From Chara braunii (Eukaryota; Plantae; Charophyceae), in the NCBI GenBank assembly GCA_003427395.1, contig BFEA01000037.1, forward strand, positions 2,180,085 to 2,240,347: a DNA stretch of 60,263 nucleotides, read 5' to 3'. Each line of letters starts with the position of its first letter. The stretch's first letter is position 1. The notes under the pieces were generated by a model. It worked only from the letters and a program-made list of their open reading frames with translations, was not told the origin of the DNA and did not search any database. The position numbers and the translations under genes were made by a program. This document shows positions 26,934-39,545 of this stretch, piece by piece.

Positions 26934-27880
26934 TGAAGCAACGTATACATCGATACTCTAGAGGTAGGTTCATTCGTGTGATGGGAGACTTACCTTGCAA
27001 CGAGGATGCTGGGCTGTGGTCGCCTGCACTATTGCTCCCCGATGCCACTCAAATGGCAAGGAGTGTTGATTCTCCTAACTGAGTCACTATACCTCGCAAG
27101 GCAACCACGCCCGGAATGCGCCGTTGTATTTGAACCCACTACCACCGCGACAAGGCGCAATCGCTTTCCCTAGACCTTACAGGATGAGGATGCCAAGGCT
27201 AGGAGTAGAAAACAGGTAAGTTGCCTTCACCTCCCTCCTCTCTCCTCTTTTTCCTTCTTCTTCTCCTTCTTCTCCTTCTTCTCCTTCTTTTTCCCTCTTT
27301 CTCGTTCGTCGCTCTCTTTTCCCCTCCAAGCCGTGCTCCCTCTCTTCTCCTCTGCGTGTCTCCCTACTGCGCACCGCCTCCCTGTTCGTTCGCCAGCCGT
27401 TCCCGGTCGTAGTGTCCCGCTCTGTCAGCTTTCTCACTCTCATCCCTCCATGCGCCCACCTCGCTATTGATTTCTGTTGTTCCCCATAGTCCCCTTTGTT
27501 TTTTCCTTGCACCGTGTCTCTCGCGTTTGTGCAAGTAATCCCATTTGGTGCAGTAGCCCCGAGCGACCGGTTTGATCGCTACCTTAGCCAGCCCGTTGCA
27601 AGCTCCCTAGGATAAACCTGCCCCGACTCCGAGCGAAGATTCACTAACAGTGAATCTTTGAATCAACAAAAATCTCGGAAAAGAAAAAAAACAAAAGAAA
27701 ATCTAACTACTATCCGCCCAGTCGTTCCAACTGTCAGTTACCTGTCACAGGGGCGGAGCCCTTATGCTTCAAGCCCAACTACTTTCAATCTGCAGATCGC
27801 GAGTTCGAGTCGCTGCTACCCAAGGTGGGGGCAAAATACTATTGAGCTTCATGTCAAAATGGAGCTAGTCTCGGTGGCCG

Positions 27881-27944
27881 GTAGGCTTGATCCCCGTACC
27901 CTTCACTTCTAAGGCCAATACCGAAACCTACTGAGCTAGCTTCC
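27881..27944 (-). ncRNA. tRNA-derived cassette, 5' LTR copy (1-nt deletion in B box)
   Basis: Paralog of 8000-8064. Confidence 0.6.
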
Positions 27945-29497
27945 ATTCTTGACAGAATGGGAGCAATTCCTGTATAGGTATTAAAGTGTGGCCTAGTCCA
28001 ACTAGTGGACCGGACCCATTTCTAATTTTCTTGTGTTTGTACACTAGTTAGCCTATGTATCTGTCTGAGCGTTTGTCGGCTTGAGTGTGCGCAAAGGACA
28101 CTTTCTTGACCGGAAGGCCCGACAGACCGGTACTTTCCCATGGTTGCGTCATCGAGGGCCGCCGCGAGGAAACACCCAAGTAGCGGGTAGGCTGATACTA
28201 TACCTTGTAAAGGTAGATGTGTCGAGTACTTGAGGCCGAACAAGCCGACATTTTGTGTGTCATAGATGTACCCTATCATGACAGTAACCAAATCAACCCC
28301 TCGACCTTCCTGGTCGAAGGATATCAGTGTCGATCCTAACTATCACAGTGTGTGCCATAATGATGCACGAGCTCATACGAAATTCTAAGTTCAGATTAAT
28401 TCCTTCGAGGTGGTCGGCACAACTGACCTGCCGACTGCAAAATCACGGCCAAATACCCTTGTAAGGGTATTTGGTCCGACAACACGCAGAGGTTGGAAGA
28501 GCTTGCGCGGGGGTAGTGCACGCTCGACCGACTGGAGATGGCTCGAGGGAAGTAGAGGAGAAATTGTGCGGTGAAAGCAGGTGTGGTAACACGAAGGTGG
28601 AGCGCGGGCAGAAGTGGCTGCGCGCAACAATGAATGAAGGAGATAGTGCGTGGGAGAAGATCGAGAAGGGGGTGACAACACGGAGGAAAGAGATGGCCGC
28701 ACGGTAGAAGGAGAGCGTGGGAAGGTAGCGCAAGCGGGCAAGAAGAAGAATAGTTGCGCTAGTAGGATGAAGAAGATAGCATGGTGCGTGGATCGCAAGG
28801 GAAGCAGAGCACACAAGAGCAGAGCAAGAAGGAGATGGCCGCTCGGTGAATGAAAAAATACAGTGCGCGACTGCAGGCGATGGCAACTGGGAGAATAGCG
28901 ACATAGCGGGGGAAGGAGAAGAAGTAGAAGGGAGAAGAAAAAGAAGTAGAAGGGAGAAGAAGAAGAAGAAGTAGAAGGGAAAAGAAGAAGAAGAGGAAGG
29001 AGAGATAAAGAAGAAGAAAAAGAAGAAGAAGAAGAAGAAAAAGAAGAAGAAGAAGGACAAGAAGAAGAAGAAGAAGAAGAAGGAGAGAGGCCAGGGAAAT
29101 GTGACTTACCCGTCACCCGGCCGGCATGTTGGAACGTGGGCTTGTGTCGGTCGAGCTCTGTGCGATCGTCACGGAATGTTGCACATTGCTGCGGAGCGGA
29201 AAGCAGCCAGCTTTCAACGACAGGGGCGGTGACGACGACGATGACAAGAGAGAGATCAGCTAAGTCTTCTATCAAGCAACAAGCACCGGGTTCTTCGATC
29301 GATAGAGTGAACAGAGACTAATGAACCTATCACTAGAACATGGGAAGTCTACACTATTGCTATGTGTGTGTGCGAGTGAGTGTGTGTGTGAATCGCGGTG
29401 AGTTTCATACTAATGCCATCGACAGGATGAGCAAAATCGAATGAATGTACAGCAAAAACACGAAAATATATATCACAAAGTGCATCCGTGCATATGC

Positions 29498-29560
<63 letters not shown>

Positions 29561-30157
29561 TGTGTAAGTAGGAGAGAGAGGAAGGGGGAGGAGCCGAAAG
29601 AAGGGAACGGATAATACTCAATGCTCGAATTGAATTAACCCGGTCGCAAACCGTGATCGGGTACATTCAAAGCTTACTGCTGTTGCGGCTGGCGGAGAGG
29701 GCACGAAGAGGAGAGAGAAGGCAGAAGGTGAAGGAGAGCGCCGCTATAGAAGGGTGGAAAACGCGAGAGCGGGGTAAAGGAAGACTGCATGAACAGGAAG
29801 CGATCGAAGAAGGAGGAGAGAGAGAAGGTGAAAAGAAAGATGATGACTACGGAGAAGGAAATCCGACGAGGGTACAACCATATCCAGGCGGTAACAACGA
29901 CTAGTGACGAGGAAGAAGAAGAAGAACATGGGGAAGGAGGAAAGCGAAGAGAGAGAGAACGAAAAGGAAAAGGAAAAGACTTGTCTGGTCGCCGTTGGTC
30001 GTAGATGTTGCGATCGGGCAGCCAATCTGAAATACTTAGCACCTTCGTTCAAACTGTGTTGATATTGTTATTTTTATTATTTCTGTTTTTTTTTGTGTTA
30101 CTGTTACTTTTATTATTTTCGTTGTTGATACTACTTTGTTACTATTATTTTATTTTA

Positions 30158-30188
<31 letters not shown>

Positions 30189-30509
30189 AAATGAGTTACT
30201 TGGCCTAGCGTTCGCTGCTTACCATAAGCAAGGGTGGAGACTTGTGGGAATATGTGATGCATTCGCCGATAGCGACGTGATGTTGGGCCGTCATCGCCGG
30301 ATTGTTGGAATGCGCGCTAATGCCTGTCGTGTCCCCATGTCGTGGTCTCGACATGCTGCACATAGTGAGGGATCGTGTTGTGTGGCTGCTCCGCTACGTT
30401 TAGATTGTGGGCTATGGAAGCAATCGTCCTCTGTCTCAGGGGTTTCGCCTGCAACGGGCTCTGGCGACAGACGACGACGGCGACGAGGTAAAAGAAGGAG
30501 AAGAAAAGG

Positions 30510-31260
30510 TGTGACAGACACACATACACTGTGATACACACAGAGACACACGGGCGCACAATGCACTGTGACACAGACTATGACATACACTGTGACACAT
30601 ACACAGGGTCACACACACAGACATTGTGTCACATATACTGTGACACAGATATGCAGTCACACAGCTACAAGGTGATACAGATATGGTCACTGTGACACAG
30701 ATAAACAGTCATACACATACACAATGTCACACACACAAACACAGTGTGACGTACACTGTGACACAGATACACAGTCACACTGTGACAGACACACATACAC
30801 AGTGAAAACACGCACGGATACTGTGAGACACAGTCACAGTGACACAGACACAATGAAACCCGCACAGATAAGTGACAAAGAATACACAGTGACCCCTACA
30901 CAGTGATATGCAGCTATAAAGTGACAATGTGACACTCACACACACAGTGACACAGTCACGCGGTAACAGTCATACGGTGACACATAGTGACACAATCACA
31001 CACACAGTGACACAGTCACACACACAGAGAGCGACGCTGTGACACACTCAGCCACACGGTGAAAACAGGCACACAGGCAGATGTTGTGACACAGACAGAT
31101 ACAGTGACACAAACAGTTAAGTACACAGTGAAACACACACGGTCACAGTAACAAAGACAAAGACATACACAGTAACACATACACGATGACACTCAGATAC
31201 CCAGTGATACAAATACACAGCGACACATACCCGGTGACACAGATACACTTTGACACGCAC
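30510..31260 (+). repeat. Degenerate GTGACACA/CACA low-complexity tandem repeat
   Basis: Many TGTGACACAG/CAGTCACA motifs. Confidence 0.8.
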
Positions 31261-31588
31261 AGAGAGAAGACACATACATGCCGAGAGTGAGACAGAGAGA
31301 GAGAGAGATAAAGAGAAAGAAAGAAAGAGGTACGTACCTGGTGTATGTGAGAGGTCGGCTACGGTATTAACGTCATGTACATTGGTCTTCAAAGTCGACG
31401 TGAGCCTATTGCGTGAGTGCGGTTATAGAAGGGATAGGCGAGTAGTGTAGGCTGGGCACGGGGGTGCACACAATCCCACATGGTACTTGCTGACTTGACA
31501 AAATACGACTGGGACAGGGTATCGTTAGACTGCCACTTGCCCAGTTGCCTACGGACTGCCTACTTAGACTCACGAAAGGTCACTTCCG

Positions 31589-32450
31589 AGAGATGGTTAA
31601 CGGGTGCATATACTTTCAGGTCTCCTTTTCAAGCAGTTCAGCCACTTTAGGTTACTATACCACTTTCAGATTATGTGTGGCAGTTGTCTGAAACCGCTTT
31701 CAGATTGTCTACAGATCCATTGCAAATGGTGGGATGGGGGTACCTGAAACCCTTTTCAGAAGCTTCAGCCACTTCAGCAGTTTCAGATCCCCACCTGAAA
31801 TTTTTGAAATGGCCTGAAGTGGTTGAAGCTTCTGAAAGTGGTTTCAGGTACGTACCTGAAACCCCTTTTAGAAGCTTCAGCCACTTCAGCGGTTTCAGGT
31901 CCCCACCTGAAATTCCTGAAATAACCTAAAGTGGCTGAAGCTTTTGAAAGGGGTTTTAGGTACCCCCATCCAACCATTTGGATGAGGGTACCTGAAACCC
32001 CTTTCAGAAGCTTCAGCCACTTCAGCGGTTTCAGGTCCCCACCTGAAATTCCTGNNNNNNNNNNNNNNNNNNNNNNNNNNNNNNNNNNNNNNNNNNNNNN
32101 NNNNNNNNNNNNNNNNNNNNNNNNNNNNNNNNNNNNNNNNNNNNNNNNNNNNNNNNNNNNNNNNNNNNNNNNNNGGGGTTTCAGGTAACCATTTGGATGA
32201 GGGTACCTGAAACCCCACTCAGAAGCTTCAGCCACTTCAGCGGTTTCAGGTCCCCACCTGAAATTCCTGAAATTACCTGAAGTGGCTGAAAAAACAGGCA
32301 GGAAAAAAAAAAAAAAAAAAACATAAAACTTGTCCTTCAAACCACCCAAAATTTCTGAAACGACCTGAAGTGTCTTCAGGCCATTTCAGCGGTTTCAGAC
32401 CACTTCAGAATCTTTCATTCTGGAATTTCAGGTGGTCGTTAACCACGAGT
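31589..32450. mobile_element. Non-autonomous DNA transposon (MULE-like) with internal CCACTTCAG/CCTGAAA repeats
   Basis: Perfect 10-bp TSD GTCACTTCCG (31579-31588, 32451-32460). Short inverted ends containing TGGTTAAC/GTTAACCA. Confidence 0.85.
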
Positions 32451-32618
32451 GTCACTTCCGGGTCTTCCGGAAGACCGCGGACTTGACCTTTCGGCATTGT
32501 AGCAAGAAAGATTTGTGCTACGGCTGCAGCTCCTAAGGCACGGACACACAGTGAAACACAGAAAGACACACGCCAAGAGAGAGAAAACTTACCTGGTCGC
32601 CACCGACTGTCGAACCTG

Positions 32619-32691
<73 letters not shown>

Positions 32692-33567
32692 GTAATATTA
32701 TTATTATTATATCGATTTTATTTTCAAACAGCAAGTTCAGCTATGAACAGACAAGGAAAGTGAGTGCGTACCTCAACTAGGGGTGCTGCGGGGGGGCTCG
32801 CCGCCGAATGTGAGGTCTTCCTTTCCTCTCTCTACCTTATATACCTTGTATCAGTACTACATCAAATTATTATGGATGCATTTGTGTCTGACTGTATGAA
32901 TTTGTGACCTTCTATCTGACTATATGAATCTGTGACTTTCTTCTTGATAAAATCTGAGATAGGAAACTGCTATGCCTGCATTTGCAATGCTTGAAGTGAT
33001 TCCGGAGTTCTTGTATTGTGAAAACTTGATGGAATGCGGATGTCGTGCAGACCAATCTTGTTGTCTGATTGTTGATGCGATTTGGATACGATTAACTGTT
33101 TCGGAAAACGCATCGTGAGAACGAGAACCTCTCGTATGGGCTGTCTCACCATATGTATGTTTATTTTGGGAAGATAAAGCAGCGGAATGTGGACTCCGTG
33201 AAGTGATGTCCTGCTTGATAGGATCTTCTAACATTGATGAGGGTTGGGATTACTGCAGAAGTTATTGGATTGCGCATTGTTATGGATGCATGGGATTATT
33301 GATTGGCTAACCCATGAGGGATATCATGAATGTATCATTGTCAGAGCATCCTGACTAACACTCATTTTCTTAAACTAATGCAAGTCAAAGGTCAGTTGCA
33401 GGACTTATGAGAAATACGTAATGAGGTGAGAGTTCCCGAGTGAACTTCCTCATTAGGTGTTTCATTGAGTCATTGGGATGTGGTCCTGTGTGGCCTGCCT
33501 GTCTGACTTTAAAGACCTTCAATTGACATGAGACAAAGGGGTTCTTCTAAAGAAGTAAACTAGTAGG

Positions 33568-34040
33568 GGTAATAAGAGGAGCGAGGTACCGAGAGACCCG
33601 TCTTATTACCTGAATCTGCCTTTGTGGTAATAGGAGGAGCGAGACCCCGTGAGGTCTGCCCTATTACCAACCCACACAAAAGAGGGGTGTAATAAGAGTA
33701 GCAAGGCTCCGAGAAGCCTGCCTTATCGCAATAATTGCACGGACGGTGTGATAAGAGTAGCAAGGCTCCGAGAAGCCTGCCTTATCGCAATAATGGCACG
33801 GACGGTGTGATAAGAGTAGCAAGGCTCCGAGAAGCCTGCCTTATCGCAATAATGGCACGGACGGTGTGATAAGAGTACCAAGGCTCCGAGAAGCCTGCCT
33901 TATTACCCGCCAGCGGTGCTTCAATGCAAACAGCGGTAGGAGGAGCAAGGCACTGAGATGCCTGTCCTATTGTCCAGCCGCATGGATAAAGGAAGTGGTA
34001 GTAAGAGGAGCGAGGCTCCGATAAGCCCGCCTTATTACCA
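33568..34040 (+). repeat. Hairpin-repeat/linker array in LTR of element 2 (8 units)
   Basis: GTGATAAG AGTA GC A AGGCT CCGAGA AGCCT GC CTTATCGC and covariant forms. Confidence 0.92.
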
Positions 34041-35813
34041 TCTGACCTTGATCTAATGCAAGACAGTAAATAGGCGAAGCAAGATCCTTGAGGTCAGACG
34101 CCCAGTGAAGATGAGTAGATCCCGAGTGGTCTACCATACTGTTACTAATCTTCTCGATAGACAGGAAACAATGAAAGCCCTGAAAAGAGACCGATCCATT
34201 ACTGACAGACCGCTTCCTGATTCTACTGAGGTGGAGGTAGAAGGAATGTCGCCCCATGTGACATGTCCTGCTATCTTAACCTCTTGATTCATATCTATCT
34301 TATGATTTTATTACAGATGAGTTAATGATATTCTGCCTGTGCATGTCTTAAGTGGGGATCATATGACGAGACAAAAAGTACTGGCGATATTAGTTTATGG
34401 TTTGATGAGAAGTTAGAGAGGCTGCCTAGAGGGAGTTATATCGATGTAGTATTATTCCCAACTAGAATGAAGTTCACTAAATTAAACTTCAGATAGGATC
34501 ATGTCGATAGCAAAGAGATGTAAAGACCGTGTTGACATGTGTGTGATTGCAGATCACCTTTACTTTCAAGGAGATTTATTATGAGTCTATACAAGACTAC
34601 ATGTTGTTGCCTTATACAGGTTGGTTCGCCAACTCAATGCTCACTCACCCCGACACCCACACTTTGCATTGACGTATGCACGAAAAGGCATTTATGATTT
34701 TGGGTCATTGTCTAAAGAGTCTGTGTTTTGATAAAAAAAGGTCATTGAAATGATTGACGTCAGATTTTGGATGAATGACTAAGTCAAAAAGGGAATGTCT
34801 GGCTGAGAGGATCGAAAGTGTAAGTGTAATGTGGGTGAAGTGAATGAATGGTTGACTCTGTTAGAATTGTGAAATGTGATTGACTCTTGTTTGCAGGTCA
34901 GTAAAACGACCAGCCACATGCTATTCACTGCAACCCATTGAGAAACTTATGCTATCCTAGGCCTTGATCCAGATGTTCCATCAGTGCGCGATTGGTTTGA
35001 GTACCCGGCTTTGCGCCTTTCCCCTGATTGTTAGGAAGATTAGGATTATTGTTGAGGCGACAAACCTTATTCATTTCATGTTCATTTCATTTGTACATGT
35101 TTGAAAGGTCAAGGACCTATGTTTTTTCCTTGATGAATTCTGACTATTTATGTGAGAGTGTAAAATGTATATGACATCTCCTTGCCTAATTACTCTGTCA
35201 TATGTATGCATGGTATGGCTAAAGGGTTTTTCACAAAGAGATATGTTGAATGGACTTAGTCACTAGGTAGGGTGGGTATGTATCTTATGCGCAATCCCTG
35301 GTAACTCAAGCATTGAGGGGATTGTGCTTCAGAAAGGAGCTAGGTAATGAGTCATACCTATTGGAACTGTTTATAGGCAAAGCATAGTATGCGTGAACGT
35401 CCATCGGTCGAATCGACCTGAATTGTGAGTCGGTCCGGGAGATCAGCGCCCCGATGCTCGACGCGTATACGAGTCAGTCTTAGGCGTTCAACCGCGCTTA
35501 TGCCTATGCTACGGCGATCGAGCAAACACCCTCGGCTGACTTACCTCTACGAATGCATGTAAAAGCTTTCGCACATGGGTTGGTAGCTCAACAAGGATAC
35601 GCCTACCTGAGGGTGGTGACAACCCCTCTTGTAGAGGTAAGTTGTACCTCACGGCACCCCAACCTGTCGTGGGGTGTCGTGAGAGGTACAACACGCACGC
35701 ACGGTCGGAGTGGAAACTAGTTCTTTTCAACAACTCTGAAGAAACATCCTGTGTGGCACGACCGTGAGGTTCAATGCTCCCAAGGTGGGTGCGAAACCGC
35801 CGCGCACAACAGG

Positions 35814-35831
35814 TGGCTCCGTTGTCGGGGA
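35814..35831 (+). promoter_or_regulatory. Primer-binding site (tRNA-Asp-like, 2 differences from PBS1)
   Basis: ...CAACA GG TGGCTCCGTTGTCGGGGA. Confidence 0.85.
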
Positions 35832-37380
35832 CCTTCGGTTACGCGTCGAGGTCCTATGTGAACGGACCTCGGTCTGGTTAATTGAAGCTCTAGCAAAACG
35901 ACAAATGAAAGATAAAGTATTACACAAGTTTTATTTAGTTGGTAAGAAACTGCTAAGGACGATTGTCAGTCTAAACCGACTAAGGATATCTCATTGAGAT
36001 AGAACAAGTACAAGTTGAAGTATATAGCCGCCGTATTTTACGAATCTTAGTTTGCCTTCTATCGTTTCCCCAAGATCATAGTTACTCTAGTATTTGTTCA
36101 TGAGGTGGTATGGAAAGTAGCGATCAAGGATTGCATAATAGGATTTGACAAGCCTCATCGGTAGAAATAGTGGAGGAACCAACAGGCACAATGGGATTTG
36201 ACAAGCCTCGTCGGAATACTGCCTGAGAGTTTTCTACTAAAATATCCTCTTCGAATTGTAGCACTTTCTGCCCCTACGATGACCGTGAATACTTCATATT
36301 CCGAAGTCTTTATTTCCTTTAGCTAAGGAGATCACACTACACTATAAAATTTGAGATCCTTCTGTAGGAGTGCACATCTTTATACATAAACATTACCATT
36401 AGAGTCTAAGTCCTTAAGGCACTACTCTAGGTGTTGCATATCATCCAGCCATGCCACGCGAGGCAGGAACTAGAAGAGGGAGCGGCGGACGGCAGGGGAA
36501 AGCGACAGAGAAAATTATTGATTTGACAAGGGAAAGAGAGGAGCGAGAGGAAGGAAAAGAGGAAGAGGAGAAATGCAAAAGAGTATGATTGCGTCGACAT
36601 CAAGAAGACATGCGCGAACGAATGTCGTCTCCTAAGAAAATGGCCTATTACTCTTATAAGTACGAACAACGTTACGACTCTCCGCCACCACGCTTTGAGC
36701 CGCCTTTAGTACTTATCCAATGACATACCCTTCCCCCTCTTCTTCCATAATGCGTCGACTCGAATACAACAGTTGACCGTCCTTCCCTAATCACCTCGAC
36801 CTGCCCTTCCACCTCCGCCACCTAATGTATCTGATTCCCCCGTGGCCTCCCAGGTCGCACCGATAAATAATAGGCTTTGTATCACCCTGACACTATTCTT
36901 TCTGTGTCAGGTTGAACTATGTAGGCTAATTTCATATCTATTATACAAAGGGATTATCTGACGAATGTTTCGGTCGTTTGGTGAGTAGGGAGATATTCTA
37001 AAAAGAGAGTAATAGAGTCACGATAAGCTTCAGGCCTCTCCCTATCATGCCGAATAACGATGGTTGAGGTAATTGGGGTAGTGAAACGCATTGAAGCTAT
37101 ATAGGGGTAATGACCCTAAATAAGCACTTGACCCCGACGTCAATATTTTCTTTCCTAAACTAAAGTATTGAGTAAATAAGAAGTGGGGAACAAAGCCTAG
37201 CTAAAGTATTGAGAGGAACTCAGAGAATATAGGAAGGAATGAGTAAGGAGGTGTCAGTAAGAATCTCTAATCCAACTTTATTCCTTTAGTAGAAAAATTG
37301 GGGGCCGTATATTAATGATTGTCCCATTTTTGTCTCATGCGTAACAGGTTGAGAGAAGGGGACGCCCAAGTTCAATCAAG

Positions 37381-38106
37381 ATGCCTTACGCGATGCAGGT
37401 TTCCAAGGTCGAGTCACCCGTAAGAAACTGTGCTGGAGTAGAAATGACACTGCCAAAAGGAAGAGGCAGAGCGGACAGTAGCGAGGCATGGTGGGGGAAC
37501 TCGCTGGAAAATAAAGCTTTTACGTGGGTAGAGACGAGCTGGGGTACGGTTGAAGAATGTAGTGTTTTGAGAGTCACGCTATATCTTTCATCTCGTCTCT
37601 GGCATAGTCATGGAATGAACCTCATTCAAGGAGGAGAAGCTTATCTTAGACAGCTTACGGGAATGGCAGAAGCGGCTCCCAATGTTTGGGGCCGAAGAGG
37701 TCAATGACAAAATGCAAAGAAAGTTAGGGAAGAAGTCAAAATGTGACCAACCCAGGACTTTGTCCTTCCTACCTGCCATATTAGAGTCACGCTCAATGAC
37801 TCTATTATCAACGAAGGGTTTAATGGTCAAGCAAGGGTTGAGTTGGCCGCAGAAGCTGCTCTAATGGTACCTAATAAGGGGTATGATTTTTCCACCTCCC
37901 ATTTGATATATTGCTTATACTTGGAGATGGGTCCCGAACTAGCGAAAAAAGATTTTAGGAACGTTTTGTCCATTATAGATGCATATGCCCGAACTTGCTT
38001 TATGGAGGAAAGGTTTGGGTATTGGCAAAAGTTGAAGGAGGAGGTTTGCACGGGGATCTGTGTGGATGGTATTCCCACCATGTTTAGTTTCGTTTATAAA
38101 TTCTAG
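37381..38106 (+). pseudogene. Accessory ORF copy A of element 2 (frameshifted)
   Basis: ORFs 37381-37707 and 37843-38106: MTLPKG..WWG..AFTWVETSW..RVTLYLSSRLW..IYCLYLEMGPEL..YWQKLKEEV. Confidence 0.82.
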
Positions 38107-38492
38107 ATTGGGACTAGGTGACGGTAAGCAAAACGGAGGAAGAAGAGAGGGGATTTGTATTCTAAGAGTGATAGGATATGGTGCTATGATAATATGAGAA
38201 TATGAGGGGCCATAAGGGGAAGATGAGGAAGTTGAAGGATGGCAATTGTTTGTCTAAGTTGCCAAAGGAAAAAGGAGTAATGAATGGGAGTCCTGAGAAG
38301 GGAAGGATATGATATGAAGAGGGAGGAAACATTAGGATAAAACGGTCATGTCTCTAACAGGGTTAAGAAAATTAGGAGTTATTAACTATGGTAAGAGGAG
38401 ACATGTCGACACTGACCGGACTTACACATAGGTATTGTGTGCACTTTTTGTCTTTTTCTTTGTATCACTCGGGCTACCAAAGGTCGCTCAAC

Positions 38493-39240
38493 ATGTCATA
38501 CGCCGATCAGAGATTTGAGGTTGAATTGTCGGTTCGTACTCACCAGGGATTGACGATGTCATTGCCACGGGGTATGAGTGAAAGGGAGGAAGAAATCGCC
38601 ACATGGTGGAGCACCTCCATTGTGCCCGAAGCATTTGTGTGGGTAGAAATTGAGCACACCCCGGAGAGAGAGTATAATAATTCGAGCAACCCGGTATCTT
38701 TCATCACACTTGTGGAGGATGCATGGGGTAGATTTGGTTGTAGGACATAGTCAACCCCTGTCTAGGTATATCCTGATTACGGGGGCAATTCTTGAGGATA
38801 AAATTCGAGAGGCGAGTTGGGGGGAATTTCGACCCATTATATTTTTTGCTTATCCCACCGATTATATAATGACCACTCTTCCAGACTTCATCATTGATGA
38901 GGTCTTCAAAGGACACGCTAAAGTGGAACAAGCAGCCTTGGTTGCCGTAGCCGTACCTCAGGGGGGGTACGGATTTTTCACGCCTCAGACTCTTTATTGC
39001 CTATATTTGGAGATGAGACCAGAGTTGGCTAACAGAGGTTTTGAGGAGATTCTTTCCACGGTAGATGCTTACGTTCGTATCCACTTTATGGAACCAAGAC
39101 AAATTTATTGGGAAAAGCTTAAGGTTGAGGTACAAATCAAGGCATGTATCGACGGTATCCCTATATTGTTCGGAATGGTGTATGACTCCTGCACGGGAGA
39201 CTGGGTATCTGCAGAAGAAATTGGAAGGGTAGGATGGTAG
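38493..39240 (+). pseudogene. Accessory ORF copy B of element 2 (one frameshift near 38660)
   Basis: ORFs 38388-38750 and 38650-39240: MSLPRG..WWST..AFVWVE..YLSSHLW..TTLPDFIIDEVF..LYCLYLEMRPEL..YWEKLKVEV. Confidence 0.85.
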
Positions 39241-39545
39241 AGAAACTAAAATTTATTCAAAGGTAAGGTTAGAACCAATCCCGTTTTTGTCATACAAAAG
39301 AAAGGTCAACTCGATTATTTAAGCGTGGTAGGGGTAGTGATTGGGACATGTGAACTGGAGAAACTAGTGTATGTTAGTCAATGGGTAGGAATAAAGAAGA
39401 GGTCATGGATGATATCTCGGAATGTGAAAAGAGCATAAGGTAAAACTCAAAAAAGAGAAAAATTGAGAAAACTGAAAGTAATCTAAAAACTCATTGTTTT
39501 TTTGTGCGTATATAAAAAACAGATTGACTGAGGACTGTGCGAAGA

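Larger units (their letters stand above)
1..28481 (-). mobile_element. Ty3/Gypsy LTR retrotransposon 'element 1' (left end outside window), giant LTRs, non-autonomous
   Basis: 1-8601 is directly repeated at ~20731-28481, both copies ending ...TTGGTCCGACA. PBS at 17839-17856. Minus-strand order is gag-PR-RT-(RH)-IN, with IN after RT (Gypsy order). Confidence 0.93.
17859..28481 (-). repeat. 5' LTR of element 1, ~10.6 kb (includes ~790 N)
   Basis: Bounded by TGTCG (17859) and CGACA (28481) inverted termini. PBS lies 2 nt from the left end. Right flank ACACG is the candidate TSD. Confidence 0.9.
28482..35811 (+). repeat. 5' LTR of element 2 (>=7.3 kb; left part inferred to lie beyond the element 1 insertion)
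   Basis: Shares with LTR1, in element-sense orientation, the hairpin array, its flanks, the U5 core (35470-35605) and motifs at ~29424-29470 and ~30208-30235. The left boundary is inferred. Confidence 0.7.

Noticed and set aside
28391-29275. 294-aa and 205-aa ORFs
   Set aside because: Products of GAA/CTT low-complexity sequence.
31446-31460. TGTAGG after a purine-rich run as the start of LTR2
   Set aside because: LTR1-homologous motifs continue further left (~29424, ~30208) and there is no good inverted match to the CAACA end.
33568-34040. Hammerhead or other known self-cleaving ribozyme array
   Set aside because: No CUGAUGA/GAAA core or other catalytic motif that I could recognise.
38348-38359. 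12-nt match (ATGTCTCTAACA) to an LTR1 array linker as a possible target
   Set aside because: Too short to distinguish from chance.
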